A stretch of 64,000 nt of DNA from Candidatus Latescibacterota bacterium. Lineage in GTDB: Bacteria > Latescibacterota > UBA2968 > UBA8231. This document shows positions 49,478 to 58,709 of the stretch, piece by piece. The stretch's first letter is position 1; each line of letters starts with the position of its first letter. Both the position numbers and the translations under genes were made by a program. The DNA is taken from assembly GCA_965248355.1 (NCBI GenBank), contig OZ252098.1, positions 3,296,001 through 3,360,000 of the forward strand, read 5' to 3'. The notes beneath the pieces were generated by a model, which saw only the letters and a program-made list of their open reading frames with translations, had not been told where the DNA came from and ran no database searches.

Positions 49478-50563
49478 TCAGTCCGCGACGCCGCCGGCCT
49501 CGGCCAGGCGTCGCCGCTGCCACGGCTGGCGGCCCCCGTAGTAGTCGCCCTCGTCGAAGGAAGGGGCCGCCGTCGGCGATGACCTCCGGCCGAAGACGAC
49601 CAGGTCCACGTACCCGTCACCGGCGCGCAGCCGGTCCCTGAAGCGCGCCTCCTCGGCGAACCCGGCCTCCTCGAGCAGTTGCTTCTGGTCCGTGTCGCAG
49701 TCCGCCGCGTGGACGTGGAGGACCGCGATCCCCAGGGCCTCGGAGCGCTCCACGGCGGCGCCGAGCAGGGCCGCGGAGCGGTTCGCGAAGGCCGGCGCCA
49801 CACGGAAGCTCAGGACGGCCGTGTGTTGCTCGGCGAAGGTGTCCCGCCGCTCGGCCGTGGCCAGACCGACCAGGCGGCCGGCGGCGTTCTCCAAGGCCAG
49901 GCAGACGCCCCGCCCCCCCTCCAGCCGCCGGAAGGTCTTCAGGAAGTGGCTCTCGTAGCGGGTGTCGCGGAAGCACCGGCTAATCCAGTCCTTCACGATC
50001 CATCGCGGCTCGGGGTGGTTGTAGAGGACGGCCGCCCGGGGCAAGTCCGCCCAGGTGGCCTCGCGGACCACGGCCGGACCGCCGCCGCCGAGGTAGTCCC
50101 GGTCGAAGTCCCCGGCCTCCGGCGCGAGGTAGCGCATCCCGTCCCCGACGAAGTAGCGGAACCCGCGGCTCTCGTAGAGCAGGCCGGCATGGGGGTTGGT
50201 CGTGCACAGGTAGAGGGCGAGCCCTCCGGCCCGGGTGAAGTCCTCCACCAGTCGTCCGAGGAGGGCCGAGGCGATCCCCTTCCGCCGGTGCTCCTCCGCC
50301 GTCCGGACGAACTCGACGAGCCCGATCTCCCCGCTGTCGGCGGGGGTCCAGCAACTCATGTAGCCGGCCCGCTCGCCCTCGATCTCTCCGATGTACCAGG
50401 CCGTGCGCAGCCACGGCCGCAGCTTCCCCGCCATCACGTCGGCGGAGACGTCCCGCCACCAGCAGAGATCCTCCCCTCCGCCGGGAAAGGGGGGTTCGCA
50501 CACCCGGATGTCGAGCCTCTCCCCGGTCCCGAGCCGAACGGTCCTGCTCTCGGCCGCGCTCAT
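49478..50563 (-). CDS. Tandem GNAT acetyltransferase
   Basis: EHRRKGIA acetyl-CoA motif, LYESRGF; second degenerate GNAT domain. Confidence 0.85.
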   Translation of the reverse strand: MSAAESRTVRLGTGERLDIRVCEPPFPGGGEDLCWWRDVSADVMAGKLRPWLRTAWYIGEIEGERAGYMSCWTPADSGEIGLVEFVRTAEEHRRKGIASALLGRLVEDFTRAGGLALYLCTTNPHAGLLYESRGFRYFVGDGMRYLAPEAGDFDRDYLGGGGPAVVREATWADLPRAAVLYNHPEPRWIVKDWISRCFRDTRYESHFLKTFRRLEGGRGVCLALENAAGRLVGLATAERRDTFAEQHTAVLSFRVAPAFANRSAALLGAAVERSEALGIAVLHVHAADCDTDQKQLLEEAGFAEEARFRDRLRAGDGYVDLVVFGRRSSPTAAPSFDEGDYYGGRQPWQRRRLAEAGGVAD

Positions 50564-51780
50564 CAGCTACCTCCTTGGGCGCCGGTCCTCGGGACAGGCC
50601 CGCCGGCAGGGCCCCCTGTCCGGCTCGACAGGGCCCGCCAGATGGAGGCCACCACCGCCCAGTAGATCGCCGCCTGCACGATCCCCGAGCCGGGCAGGAT
50701 CTCGATGTCGTACCCCGGCACCGGCGTCACCGCGTCGCCGAAGGGCCACTTCGGACGGATGACGTGGTCCGACGCCAGCGCCGGTGCCGGCGGATCGTCC
50801 GTGCCGTCGCCGGTGATCACCTCGACGATCCGCGCCCCCGCCCGTCTCGCGGCGGCGTAGGCATCTACCGGCCGCCGGTAGTATCCGAGGAAGAAGAACA
50901 GGTCCCCCGGCCGCAGCTTCTCCTCGAGCTCGGCCACCTGAGGGGACTCCGCCTGCAGCCGGGCCAGGGGCCGCATGTACAGCGGATCGCCCGGCGCTCC
51001 GAGCTGATACATGGGGAAGTGGGAGATCAGGCCCGCGTGAATGCGGCCGCCGGTCTCCAGGACCTCGGCGCAGACCGCACCGACGCGCTCGATCGCCCCC
51101 GCCTCCTCCTCGATCAGGGCGCGCAGGATCGCTCCCATCCGGTCCAGGTAGTCCCCGCCCAGCCGCCCCGGAGGGATGGCCGGCACCTGGTGGGTCTCGT
51201 GAAGGGGCGAATCGGCGAAGCGGGCATTGCGGTCCCTCGCTCCCGGCACCAGCACGCTCTGGTACATGGCGGGCATGCGCCCGGTGCGGGTGAGGGCGGC
51301 CACGATCTCTCCGGTGAGCACCCACAGGAGGAGCAGGTTCTGCAGGGAAGTCAGCGGGTAGGCCCGGCCGCCGAAGGGGGCGGTCGCCGCTTCCGGGAGG
51401 GGCATCGAGCTGTCGAGGAAGAGATGGCCCGGCCGCGGGTCGGCCCCCGGCCAACCGGCGGGACCGATGGCGGCGATCAGTGCGCCAGAGGAGCGCAGTT
51501 GCCGCAGCAACTCCAGCTCCCGCGCCGGCGCGGCGCCGGACCAGCCGAGGATCACCGTGTCCTCCGGCGACAGCACCGTCTCCGGCGTCCACTCCTCGGC
51601 CAGCATCAGCCCCCCGGAGCGGATGAACCCCTCGGAGGTGAAGTCCGGACGGACGCTGGCCAGACACAGCCGTCCGCCCGCCGCAAGACGCGCGGCCACC
51701 CGCCCGGCGGCGTCCGAGACCGCCGGTAGACGCTCTCTCAGGCCCTCCACACCGGCCAGCAGCGTTTCGAGATAGCCCAC
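50563..51780 (-). CDS. Hypothetical protein with two SIS-like repeats
   Basis: Internal duplication ARLAAGGRL / EVLETGGRI; host-like codon usage; coupled to the GNAT gene. Confidence 0.7.
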   Translation of the reverse strand: MGYLETLLAGVEGLRERLPAVSDAAGRVAARLAAGGRLCLASVRPDFTSEGFIRSGGLMLAEEWTPETVLSPEDTVILGWSGAAPARELELLRQLRSSGALIAAIGPAGWPGADPRPGHLFLDSSMPLPEAATAPFGGRAYPLTSLQNLLLLWVLTGEIVAALTRTGRMPAMYQSVLVPGARDRNARFADSPLHETHQVPAIPPGRLGGDYLDRMGAILRALIEEEAGAIERVGAVCAEVLETGGRIHAGLISHFPMYQLGAPGDPLYMRPLARLQAESPQVAELEEKLRPGDLFFFLGYYRRPVDAYAAARRAGARIVEVITGDGTDDPPAPALASDHVIRPKWPFGDAVTPVPGYDIEILPGSGIVQAAIYWAVVASIWRALSSRTGGPAGGPVPRTGAQGGS

Positions 51781-51793
51781 GGGATTGGGGCTG

Positions 51794-53116
51794 TCAGCCC
51801 GCCGCGACCAGCTCCAGGGCCCGGAGGGCCCCCGCCGTCAGGGCCCGGTCCGCGTCGTCGGCCAGCATGCGCCCCTGGTGGCGCGCCCTCGCGTCGAGGA
51901 CCTCGTAGCCGCCGTACGGCACCTCCTCGCTCGTGGGCACGTACCCGATGGCGCCGTTGGCGTAGCCCACGGGCAGGGTGAGGGCGAAGGGCGAGGCCTC
52001 GGCGATGGCCAGCCCGGTCTCGACGAAGATCTCCCCCGGCAGGCCGACGAGGGCCACGTCGTCCAGGGCCAGGGCCTGGATCTCCAGGGGCAAGCCCGAC
52101 GCCACGGTGCCGCTCCGGTGGGCCTCCAGCCGCTCCCTGGCGGCGAAGTAGTGACGGCAGACCCGCCAACTCCTGTGAAACTCGCCCTCGAGCTCGAGAA
52201 AGGCGGGCTCCCACTCCGCCAGCTCGCGCTCGCACTCCTGCAGAGAGGGCATCGGCTCCAGGGGCAGCTCGAAGGCGTGCCGGGCGCAGCGCAGGCGGCC
52301 GCCCCGTCTCATCTCCCCCGCCTGCAGCACCGTTCGCAGCACGGCGCCTCCGGCGCGGGTCCCGTGCACCCCGGCCAGGTCGTAGGAGCCGCGTGGATGT
52401 GGGTTGATATTGCCGGCGCAGCCGTTGAGGAAGAGGGCCGTCTCCCCCGGGCGCTGGTCCTCGATCGTCCGCATGGCGACACCCATCCAGTCGGCGGTGA
52501 AGAGGTAGTTGTCGCTCACCAGGCAGGTCCCGTGGGCGGCGTGCTGCCAGAGCACGACCAGGGGTGTGCCGTCGAGGCGCTCGAACCAGACCACGTCGAC
52601 CCAGGGCGCCACCGGCCCCTCCGGGTTCACGCCGATGCGGGTCGTGCCGTCGGCCTGCCGCTCCCTGCGGTTGACGCCGACCTGCAGCGGGTGCCGGCCC
52701 GTGCCCCAGCGCACGGGCGCCGCGGCGGTGGCCGCCTGCAGGGCGGTGCCGGCCATGAAGTGGCACAGGGCGTCGATGTAGGTGGCGGCCGGCTCCTCCA
52801 GCTCGGAGAAGTGGGAGTACATCAGGGGGCCGCCGTGGGTGTGGGAGAAGGCGAGGAAGACGTTGGCCGCGGGCACACCAGTCGCCCGGTTCACCAACTC
52901 GCGCACACGGGAGACCTGCTCGAAGCGCATGCCGATCAGGTCGCTGGCGATGATCACCGCCCGGGTGGTGCCGTCGTCCAGAAAGAGGGTGTGGGCATTG
53001 AGGTGATCGTGCACGCCCTCGGCGCCGTGGTCGCGGGCGCCGTACCCGCCCATGGGATTCCCGGTGGGCGGCGTGATCCGGGCGCCGCCCGCCCCGGCCA
53101 GCAGCTGTTTCGTCAT
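51794..53116 (-). CDS. Neutral/alkaline ceramidase-like amidohydrolase
   Basis: ITPP..MGGY..R, SHTHGGP, AHGT, GCAGNINP, LPGEIF, GYANG.IGYVPT, YE. Confidence 0.85.
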   Translation of the reverse strand: MTKQLLAGAGGARITPPTGNPMGGYGARDHGAEGVHDHLNAHTLFLDDGTTRAVIIASDLIGMRFEQVSRVRELVNRATGVPAANVFLAFSHTHGGPLMYSHFSELEEPAATYIDALCHFMAGTALQAATAAAPVRWGTGRHPLQVGVNRRERQADGTTRIGVNPEGPVAPWVDVVWFERLDGTPLVVLWQHAAHGTCLVSDNYLFTADWMGVAMRTIEDQRPGETALFLNGCAGNINPHPRGSYDLAGVHGTRAGGAVLRTVLQAGEMRRGGRLRCARHAFELPLEPMPSLQECERELAEWEPAFLELEGEFHRSWRVCRHYFAARERLEAHRSGTVASGLPLEIQALALDDVALVGLPGEIFVETGLAIAEASPFALTLPVGYANGAIGYVPTSEEVPYGGYEVLDARARHQGRMLADDADRALTAGALRALELVAAG

Positions 53117-53233
53117 CTCGCCTCTCCTGGTTGGACGGCCCAAAGATAACCGCCGGCGGGCGGCCCCGTCATCGGCGAGTTGCCCCGCACGCTCACCGGC
53201 CATCCCCCGCTGTCGTGAGATGGCGCGGGGGCC

Positions 53234-55384
53234 CTATGGGGCCGTCGAGAGCCGCTCTATCCCCCCGCCGCAATTGACCAGGTTGGTGTTCGTCACATCG
53301 AGGGTGCTCGCTTCGTAGGCCTGGACGCAACGGAGCCCGTCCTGGATCGTGGCGCCGGAAAGGTCGGCATGGCCCGTCCGGGCCACGCGGATGCCGTACC
53401 AGCTGCCGGGGGAAGCGTCCGACTCAGCCGATGAGCGAAAGGTGATGTCCCCCGCTCCGGCGTCGAGAGCACCCTCGACGATGAGTTCGGAACGGAGGTC
53501 GTCCTCGCCGCCCCGGGTCTCATCCCCAGGGGCGAAGGTCACCGTGCTTCCCGCGGGAAGGGTCAGCTTCATCCCCGGTGGAATCGTTACATCGCCCGTC
53601 ACCGTAACGTGATCATCCCAGGGTTCAATCCGGAACAGCTTGCCCTCCCCGGGAGCAAAGGAGGCGGCAAAGGAAGGAGAAGCGCCATGGCCGGTGAGTT
53701 CGATCTCCTTGCCATAGAGCTCCCTCACGAGGTACGAGTAGGCCGGCCCACTCAGACGAGATGCCTTCAGGTGGATGGTCACTCTCCGCAGATCGGGAGG
53801 CCTGGAGGGCTGGCAGCGGCGGTTGACCACCATCAGGTACCGGGTTCCGTCCCTGTGGGTGAAGGTGCCCAGATGGTAGTCCGACGTATCGGAGAGGGCC
53901 TGGACAAAGGAGGCCGGAGCCCGGCCGGGGAAGACGGCGTCCGAAGTCAGGCCCAACAGGGTATCGTCGTGTTCCTGCAACAACCCGTTGAGGGCTTGAA
54001 CTTCGGACCATTTGGGGGTGACTCTGTAGTATCCGTCCACCAGGCCTTGCAGGTCAGGCCTGCCATCGTCGTTGACATGGCTGGAGTACATGAAGTAGTA
54101 GATGCCCGTCACACCGTGGACCAGGGCCAGATGGACCTGAACCCGGATCTCCTCCGGCGACGGGTCCCGCAAGCCCTGCCGCCAGCCATGGGCCTGAATA
54201 AGGCCCCAAAGGGGTATCCCCGCCCCCATCGCCACCTCCCGGGCGCGACCATACCATGTGACGTAACTGTCGAGGGCACCTCGCAGGCCAGTCTCATACC
54301 CTTCTTCACCGTGCCTCGGCACGGAGAACCCTATGGGGTAGAGGTCAACCAGGAACTCCGAAGGTGAGACGGTGTCCACGAAGTGGCGCATGTATTCCTT
54401 GAGCGTCTGGTTGAAGGCCACAACGCCCGACTTGCCGGTCTGCGCCTTGATGAATCTGTTCACGTAGGCTACGCTCTCGTCCTTTTCCGTCCACCGAGGC
54501 TCGTCGTCCACGTAGAACCGCCACGGCGGATCCACCGTGATGCCGTCGTAGGCGGCCAGATCCGCCTCGATCTGCCGGTCATGGTCTCCCGCGAAGAGTC
54601 TGTGGCCATAGTCGTCGTGGGCCCTGATCTGATCCACCCACAGATCGGCCGCTCCGGTCCAGTCGATCTGGTACCGAACGAGATTCCTCCCCGCAGGTAC
54701 CGCATACCGGATCACGAAGTCCTGATAGGCGTCAGAAGCATGGAATTGCAGCTTCCGCACGCTCCGGGTGCGCAACACGGCGCCATCGGAATGGCGGAGT
54801 ATCCTGAGGGTGGCGATCCTGTCGCTGCCGGTATTGTCGTCCGTCTTCAGACGGAAGACATGTATCCCATAGCGCGCCCGGTTCGCCACGACCTGCCCTC
54901 TGCTGTTCAGTCTCTGCTCCACATAGCGCAGGAAGATGCCGGACCCCTCTGTAGTGGGGGTGTCCAGAATGACTCCGGGGCTGTGTGCGGCCGTATTCGC
55001 ATGCCACGCATCTCCGTCCCGCACTCCCACAGGATGGACGAAGACCTCAGCATCCTCCGCCTCCAGGACCTTGCTCCAATAGCGGCGGCTCTCCGAGCGC
55101 CACCCTGGAGGAACGTTCCAGCTGTACAACTGGACTCTCAGTCCTCGCTGGTGCGCCAGATCCATGAAGACGCCATTGACGGAAGGGTCATTCCTGGCTT
55201 CGATGGCGGAGTGAATCGTGTTGAAGTTTGCTTCGACTACCTGGTCGAGCCGCGCCGCGAACTGGCTCGACTGGTTGTTGAACAGCCCCGGGAACCACGT
55301 CCCGACAGGAAACTCCTGCCCAAGGCTCATCCCCGGGCCAAGAAGCAGGAGGGCGGAAGAGCGCAGAGCCCAGAGGGCGCTCAT
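53234..55384 (-). CDS. Secreted protein with putative glycoside-hydrolase-like domain and C-terminal beta-helix-like segment
   Basis: Signal-like N-terminus; FYVDDEP, DLYP, WGLIQAH, PSPEEIR..LALVHGVTGIYYF; WYGIRV tail. Confidence 0.75.
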   Translation of the reverse strand: MSALWALRSSALLLLGPGMSLGQEFPVGTWFPGLFNNQSSQFAARLDQVVEANFNTIHSAIEARNDPSVNGVFMDLAHQRGLRVQLYSWNVPPGWRSESRRYWSKVLEAEDAEVFVHPVGVRDGDAWHANTAAHSPGVILDTPTTEGSGIFLRYVEQRLNSRGQVVANRARYGIHVFRLKTDDNTGSDRIATLRILRHSDGAVLRTRSVRKLQFHASDAYQDFVIRYAVPAGRNLVRYQIDWTGAADLWVDQIRAHDDYGHRLFAGDHDRQIEADLAAYDGITVDPPWRFYVDDEPRWTEKDESVAYVNRFIKAQTGKSGVVAFNQTLKEYMRHFVDTVSPSEFLVDLYPIGFSVPRHGEEGYETGLRGALDSYVTWYGRAREVAMGAGIPLWGLIQAHGWRQGLRDPSPEEIRVQVHLALVHGVTGIYYFMYSSHVNDDGRPDLQGLVDGYYRVTPKWSEVQALNGLLQEHDDTLLGLTSDAVFPGRAPASFVQALSDTSDYHLGTFTHRDGTRYLMVVNRRCQPSRPPDLRRVTIHLKASRLSGPAYSYLVRELYGKEIELTGHGASPSFAASFAPGEGKLFRIEPWDDHVTVTGDVTIPPGMKLTLPAGSTVTFAPGDETRGGEDDLRSELIVEGALDAGAGDITFRSSAESDASPGSWYGIRVARTGHADLSGATIQDGLRCVQAYEASTLDVTNTNLVNCGGGIERLSTAP

Positions 55385-56130
55385 TCCAATACTCCATTCA
55401 ATTGATCGTTCTTGATCCGTCCCCAGGCCGCGGGTTTGACCATGGTCGTCATCTGCCCTCCCATGGGGCCCCATGGGACATCGGCATAGCTCGTCCCGTC
55501 CGGCAGATAGTCATGGGAGCCGTCCTGGCTCGTCCTGGCCGTCCACTTGAAGTACCAGTATCCCCTCTCTTCGTCTTCCAGGGCGCTCCCCGGGTTTCCA
55601 AGCGCCGGCCACTGGACGGCTCCTTCCAGCCATTGACCCGAGAGGGCAACCTCCACCTCGGGAATGTCCTCTCCTTCGGTGACGACCCACTGATCGCCAT
55701 CGAGACGACGGTGAATCTCCTTGGTGAGCCCTCCGTCCCGTCCTGCGATTTCGATCCGGTACTCCGGCAGGAAGTGAACCCAGGGAGGCTGCGCCTCGCC
55801 CAGGGTCGTATCGGCCGAGACATCGAAGAACAGCTCCACCGAGGTCCGGGTGGAACCCTGAAAGGGAGCCTCCAGGAACCTGAAGATGAACGCGAACAGG
55901 GCCTGATCCTCGAAGGTGCCCAGTCCATAGCCGTAGGTTATGATGTCTATGGTGCTGTTGGAATCGGGAGCGACGTCGAAGAACTCATCTCCCTCGCCGG
56001 GACCGCCGCCGCCCCAGTCCCGCCAATCTCCATCGACCACGAATGCCGACCTGTCCTGCGCAAGGGCCCCGTTCGCCCCGAATCCGAGGGCGCAGGCCAG
56101 ACCGACGAGCGTTCTCCACACGACTTGCAT
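55381..56130 (-). CDS. Secreted hypothetical protein with C-terminal WGxIK motif
   Basis: AAAGGA RBS, signal peptide ending ALA-Q, VDGDWRDW, C-terminal VKPAAWGRIK. Confidence 0.75.
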   Translation of the reverse strand: MQVVWRTLVGLACALGFGANGALAQDRSAFVVDGDWRDWGGGGPGEGDEFFDVAPDSNSTIDIITYGYGLGTFEDQALFAFIFRFLEAPFQGSTRTSVELFFDVSADTTLGEAQPPWVHFLPEYRIEIAGRDGGLTKEIHRRLDGDQWVVTEGEDIPEVEVALSGQWLEGAVQWPALGNPGSALEDEERGYWYFKWTARTSQDGSHDYLPDGTSYADVPWGPMGGQMTTMVKPAAWGRIKNDQLNGVLE

Positions 56131-56165
56131 GGCGGGATTCCTTTCAGGCATCCAGGAAGTGCGGC

Positions 56166-57762
56166 CTACTTGAGGTACATCAGTCTCCGGGTCTGCGCAC
56201 CCCCGGGGTAGTCCAGGCGCGCGAGATAGATCCCCGCGGCCACCGCAAGCCCCCGTCGGTCCCGGCCGTCCCAGGAGACCTCGTAGAGGCCGGCGGCCTG
56301 GACTTCGTCCACCAGCGTACGGACCTGCTGGCCCATGAGATTGTAGATCTCCAGCCGCACCGGACCGGGGCCGGCCAGGCGGTAGGCGATCCGGGTACCG
56401 CCGTTGAAGGGGTTCGGCTGGTTGGGATACAGCTCGTTGTCGGCCCGTTCGTCCGGCGCCGCCGCCTTCGCCGCCGATTCTGGTCCGACCGCCACCGTCC
56501 GCTCATCGCCGCCCAGGGTCAGATTCACGGACTGGCGTATGCCGCGGTTGAGAGGAATGCTGTGCCATCGGCCCACCACCTGGCCGTCGGCCCCGCGGGC
56601 CCGGGCCTGATACAGACCGCTGTGGCCGGGGAACAGGGTCAGCTCCAGCCGTCCGGCCGCGTCGGTCCTGGCGGTCCAGGCGTAGTGGGGGCGGCGACCG
56701 GAGATGCTGCGGGAAAACTCGACGGTCAGACCCTCGACCCGGCCTCCTGTGACCGTGGCCTCCATCTTCATGCGGGATGAAATATCCCACAACAGAACCG
56801 TGTAGTGTCCGCTTCTGCTGCCACTGGCCAGAGTCCTTCCATTGGGGGCCACCGCCACCGAGGAGACCCAGCTCCCGTGCCCCTCGAGGGTGAGGGTGGA
56901 TTCCAGCTGGCCCGTCTCCGCATTCCACAGCCGGATCCCGTCGTCATGGCCGCTGGCCAGGGTTCCTGCATCCACGAAGGCCAGGGACCAGACCCAACTC
57001 GCAAGTCCGTATTTCCCCGGCCCCTTCAAGGTTGACTCGAGCTCTCCGGTCTCCGAGTCCCACAGGCGGATCGTCCCGTCCCAGCCGCCGCTGGCCAGGG
57101 TCCTGCCGTCCGGCGAGAACGCCACCGACTCGATCCAACCCGAATGCCCGTGAAGGGCGGCCCTTTGTTGCCCGCTCGCCACATCCCACAACCGGATGGT
57201 GTAGTCCCCGCCGCCGCTGGCCAGCGTCTTGCCGTCCGGTGAGAACGCCACCGACTCGACCTCCCCCGTATGCCCGTAAAGGATGGTCTCGAGCTGGCCG
57301 GTGTCGACCGCCCACAGGCGGATCGTGTGGTCCCCCACTGCCGCTGGCCAGGGTCTCCCCATCCGGCGAGAACGCCGCCGACCGGACAAACCCCGCGTGC
57401 CCGTCGAGGACGGCCTTGAGCTGGCCGGTGTCGACCTCCCACAACCGGATGGCCCGGCGAGTGCCGGCGGCCAGGGTCCTGCCGTCCGGAGAGAACACCG
57501 CCGGCCGGACAAAGCTGGTATCGAGATGAGACTTCAAGCGGCCGGTGCGCGCATCGTGGATCCAGATTCCCACGCTGCTGGGCACCGCCAACCGGTCGCC
57601 ATGGGGCGAATACGCGATTTCACCAGACAGAACGACTTCACCAAAGCGTTCCTGGATGCCTTTGGGCAAGGGCAGGCGGGTATACTCCCGGGCGAGGCCT
57701 TCCTGAATCGTCACGCCGAGCAGCAGCAAGAAGCTGATCTTAAACACGTGGGGAGATTTCAT
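56166..57762 (-). pseudogene. WD40-repeat secreted protein with FlgD/T9SS-like C-terminal domain, frameshifted near 57334
   Basis: AFSPDG.TLASG...TIRLWD repeats continue across two frames; junction AGT GGGGG ACC AC has one extra G; C-terminal PNQPNPFN..EIYNLMGQ.VRTLV..WDGRD. Confidence 0.85.
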
Positions 57763-58076
57763 CCTAAGGACATACAATACATCATCATCAGTCGGTGCCC
57801 CCTCGCTTCCCTCCTGCAGCCGCTCCACGGCCCACGCTTTTCCCCCGCGCCGATATGTCCCGACCATCCCGAAATCGAGCCGAGGCTAGTCCTCAACACC
57901 CAACTGACTTGCGGACCTACCTCCCGACTTACTAGACTCCTGTGGTCCACACCAACGTAAACCCTCCCTCCCATGCACAAGTCGCCCCAGACCAAGCTAC
58001 TACCCCAGGCCGCGGTATGACGAAGAGACCGGGCACCGCCTCATCGACTTGGTGTCCCAACCGCCCCAAGCCGGCC

Positions 58077-58709
58077 ATGTCACCTGGCCTGATGAGCGCA
58101 GTGACGCCCGGTCCCCGAGTAGCCATCCCCAACGAGCGACTCATCCGCCAAGCGCTCCACGCCAAGTACCTCCGCAACCATCGTTTGCAGCCAGACACCC
58201 TCGTGATCGACGAGTTGGGGCTCGCTCATGCCCGGTCTCGAATCGATATCGCCGTGATCAATCGTTGCCTTCACGGCTACGAGATAAAGAGCGACCTCGA
58301 CACACTTCTGCGACTACCGCAACAACTCAGATTTTACTCCATGACCTGTGAGAAGATGACTTTGGTGGTAGGCGCCAAACACCTTCGGGCCGTCTCAAGT
58401 ATGCTGCCATCCTGGGGAGGTCTCGTGGCCGTCAAAATCGGCCCCCGTGGCGGCATCTCATTCGATCACATTCGCCCGGCGCGGGCGAACCCCAACTTCG
58501 ATTCATTCATGTTTCTCCATCTGCTCTGGCGTGGCGAAGCAGAAGAGGCCCTACGGGCACTGGGCGCGCCGCCCGCCTCGCCTCGTGCCACACGAAGAGA
58601 ACTCTATGCCGCTCTCGTTGAAGCCCTGAGCACGGCCGAGCTAACGACATTGGTCAAACGCGCTATGCGACAGCGCCAAGGTTGGCGAGCTCTTCCACCA
58701 CCAGCGTAA
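58077..58709 (+). CDS. sce7726-family protein (PD-(D/E)XK nuclease-like)
   Basis: IDELGL..SRIDIAVIN..LHGYEIKSDLDTLLRLPQQ; start may be 58092. Confidence 0.8.
   Translation: MSPGLMSAVTPGPRVAIPNERLIRQALHAKYLRNHRLQPDTLVIDELGLAHARSRIDIAVINRCLHGYEIKSDLDTLLRLPQQLRFYSMTCEKMTLVVGAKHLRAVSSMLPSWGGLVAVKIGPRGGISFDHIRPARANPNFDSFMFLHLLWRGEAEEALRALGAPPASPRATRRELYAALVEALSTAELTTLVKRAMRQRQGWRALPPPA

Noticed and set aside
56800..57500. Repeated DNA units suggesting a CRISPR or tandem array
   Set aside because: They are coding WD40 repeats of about 126 nt, not repeat-spacer units
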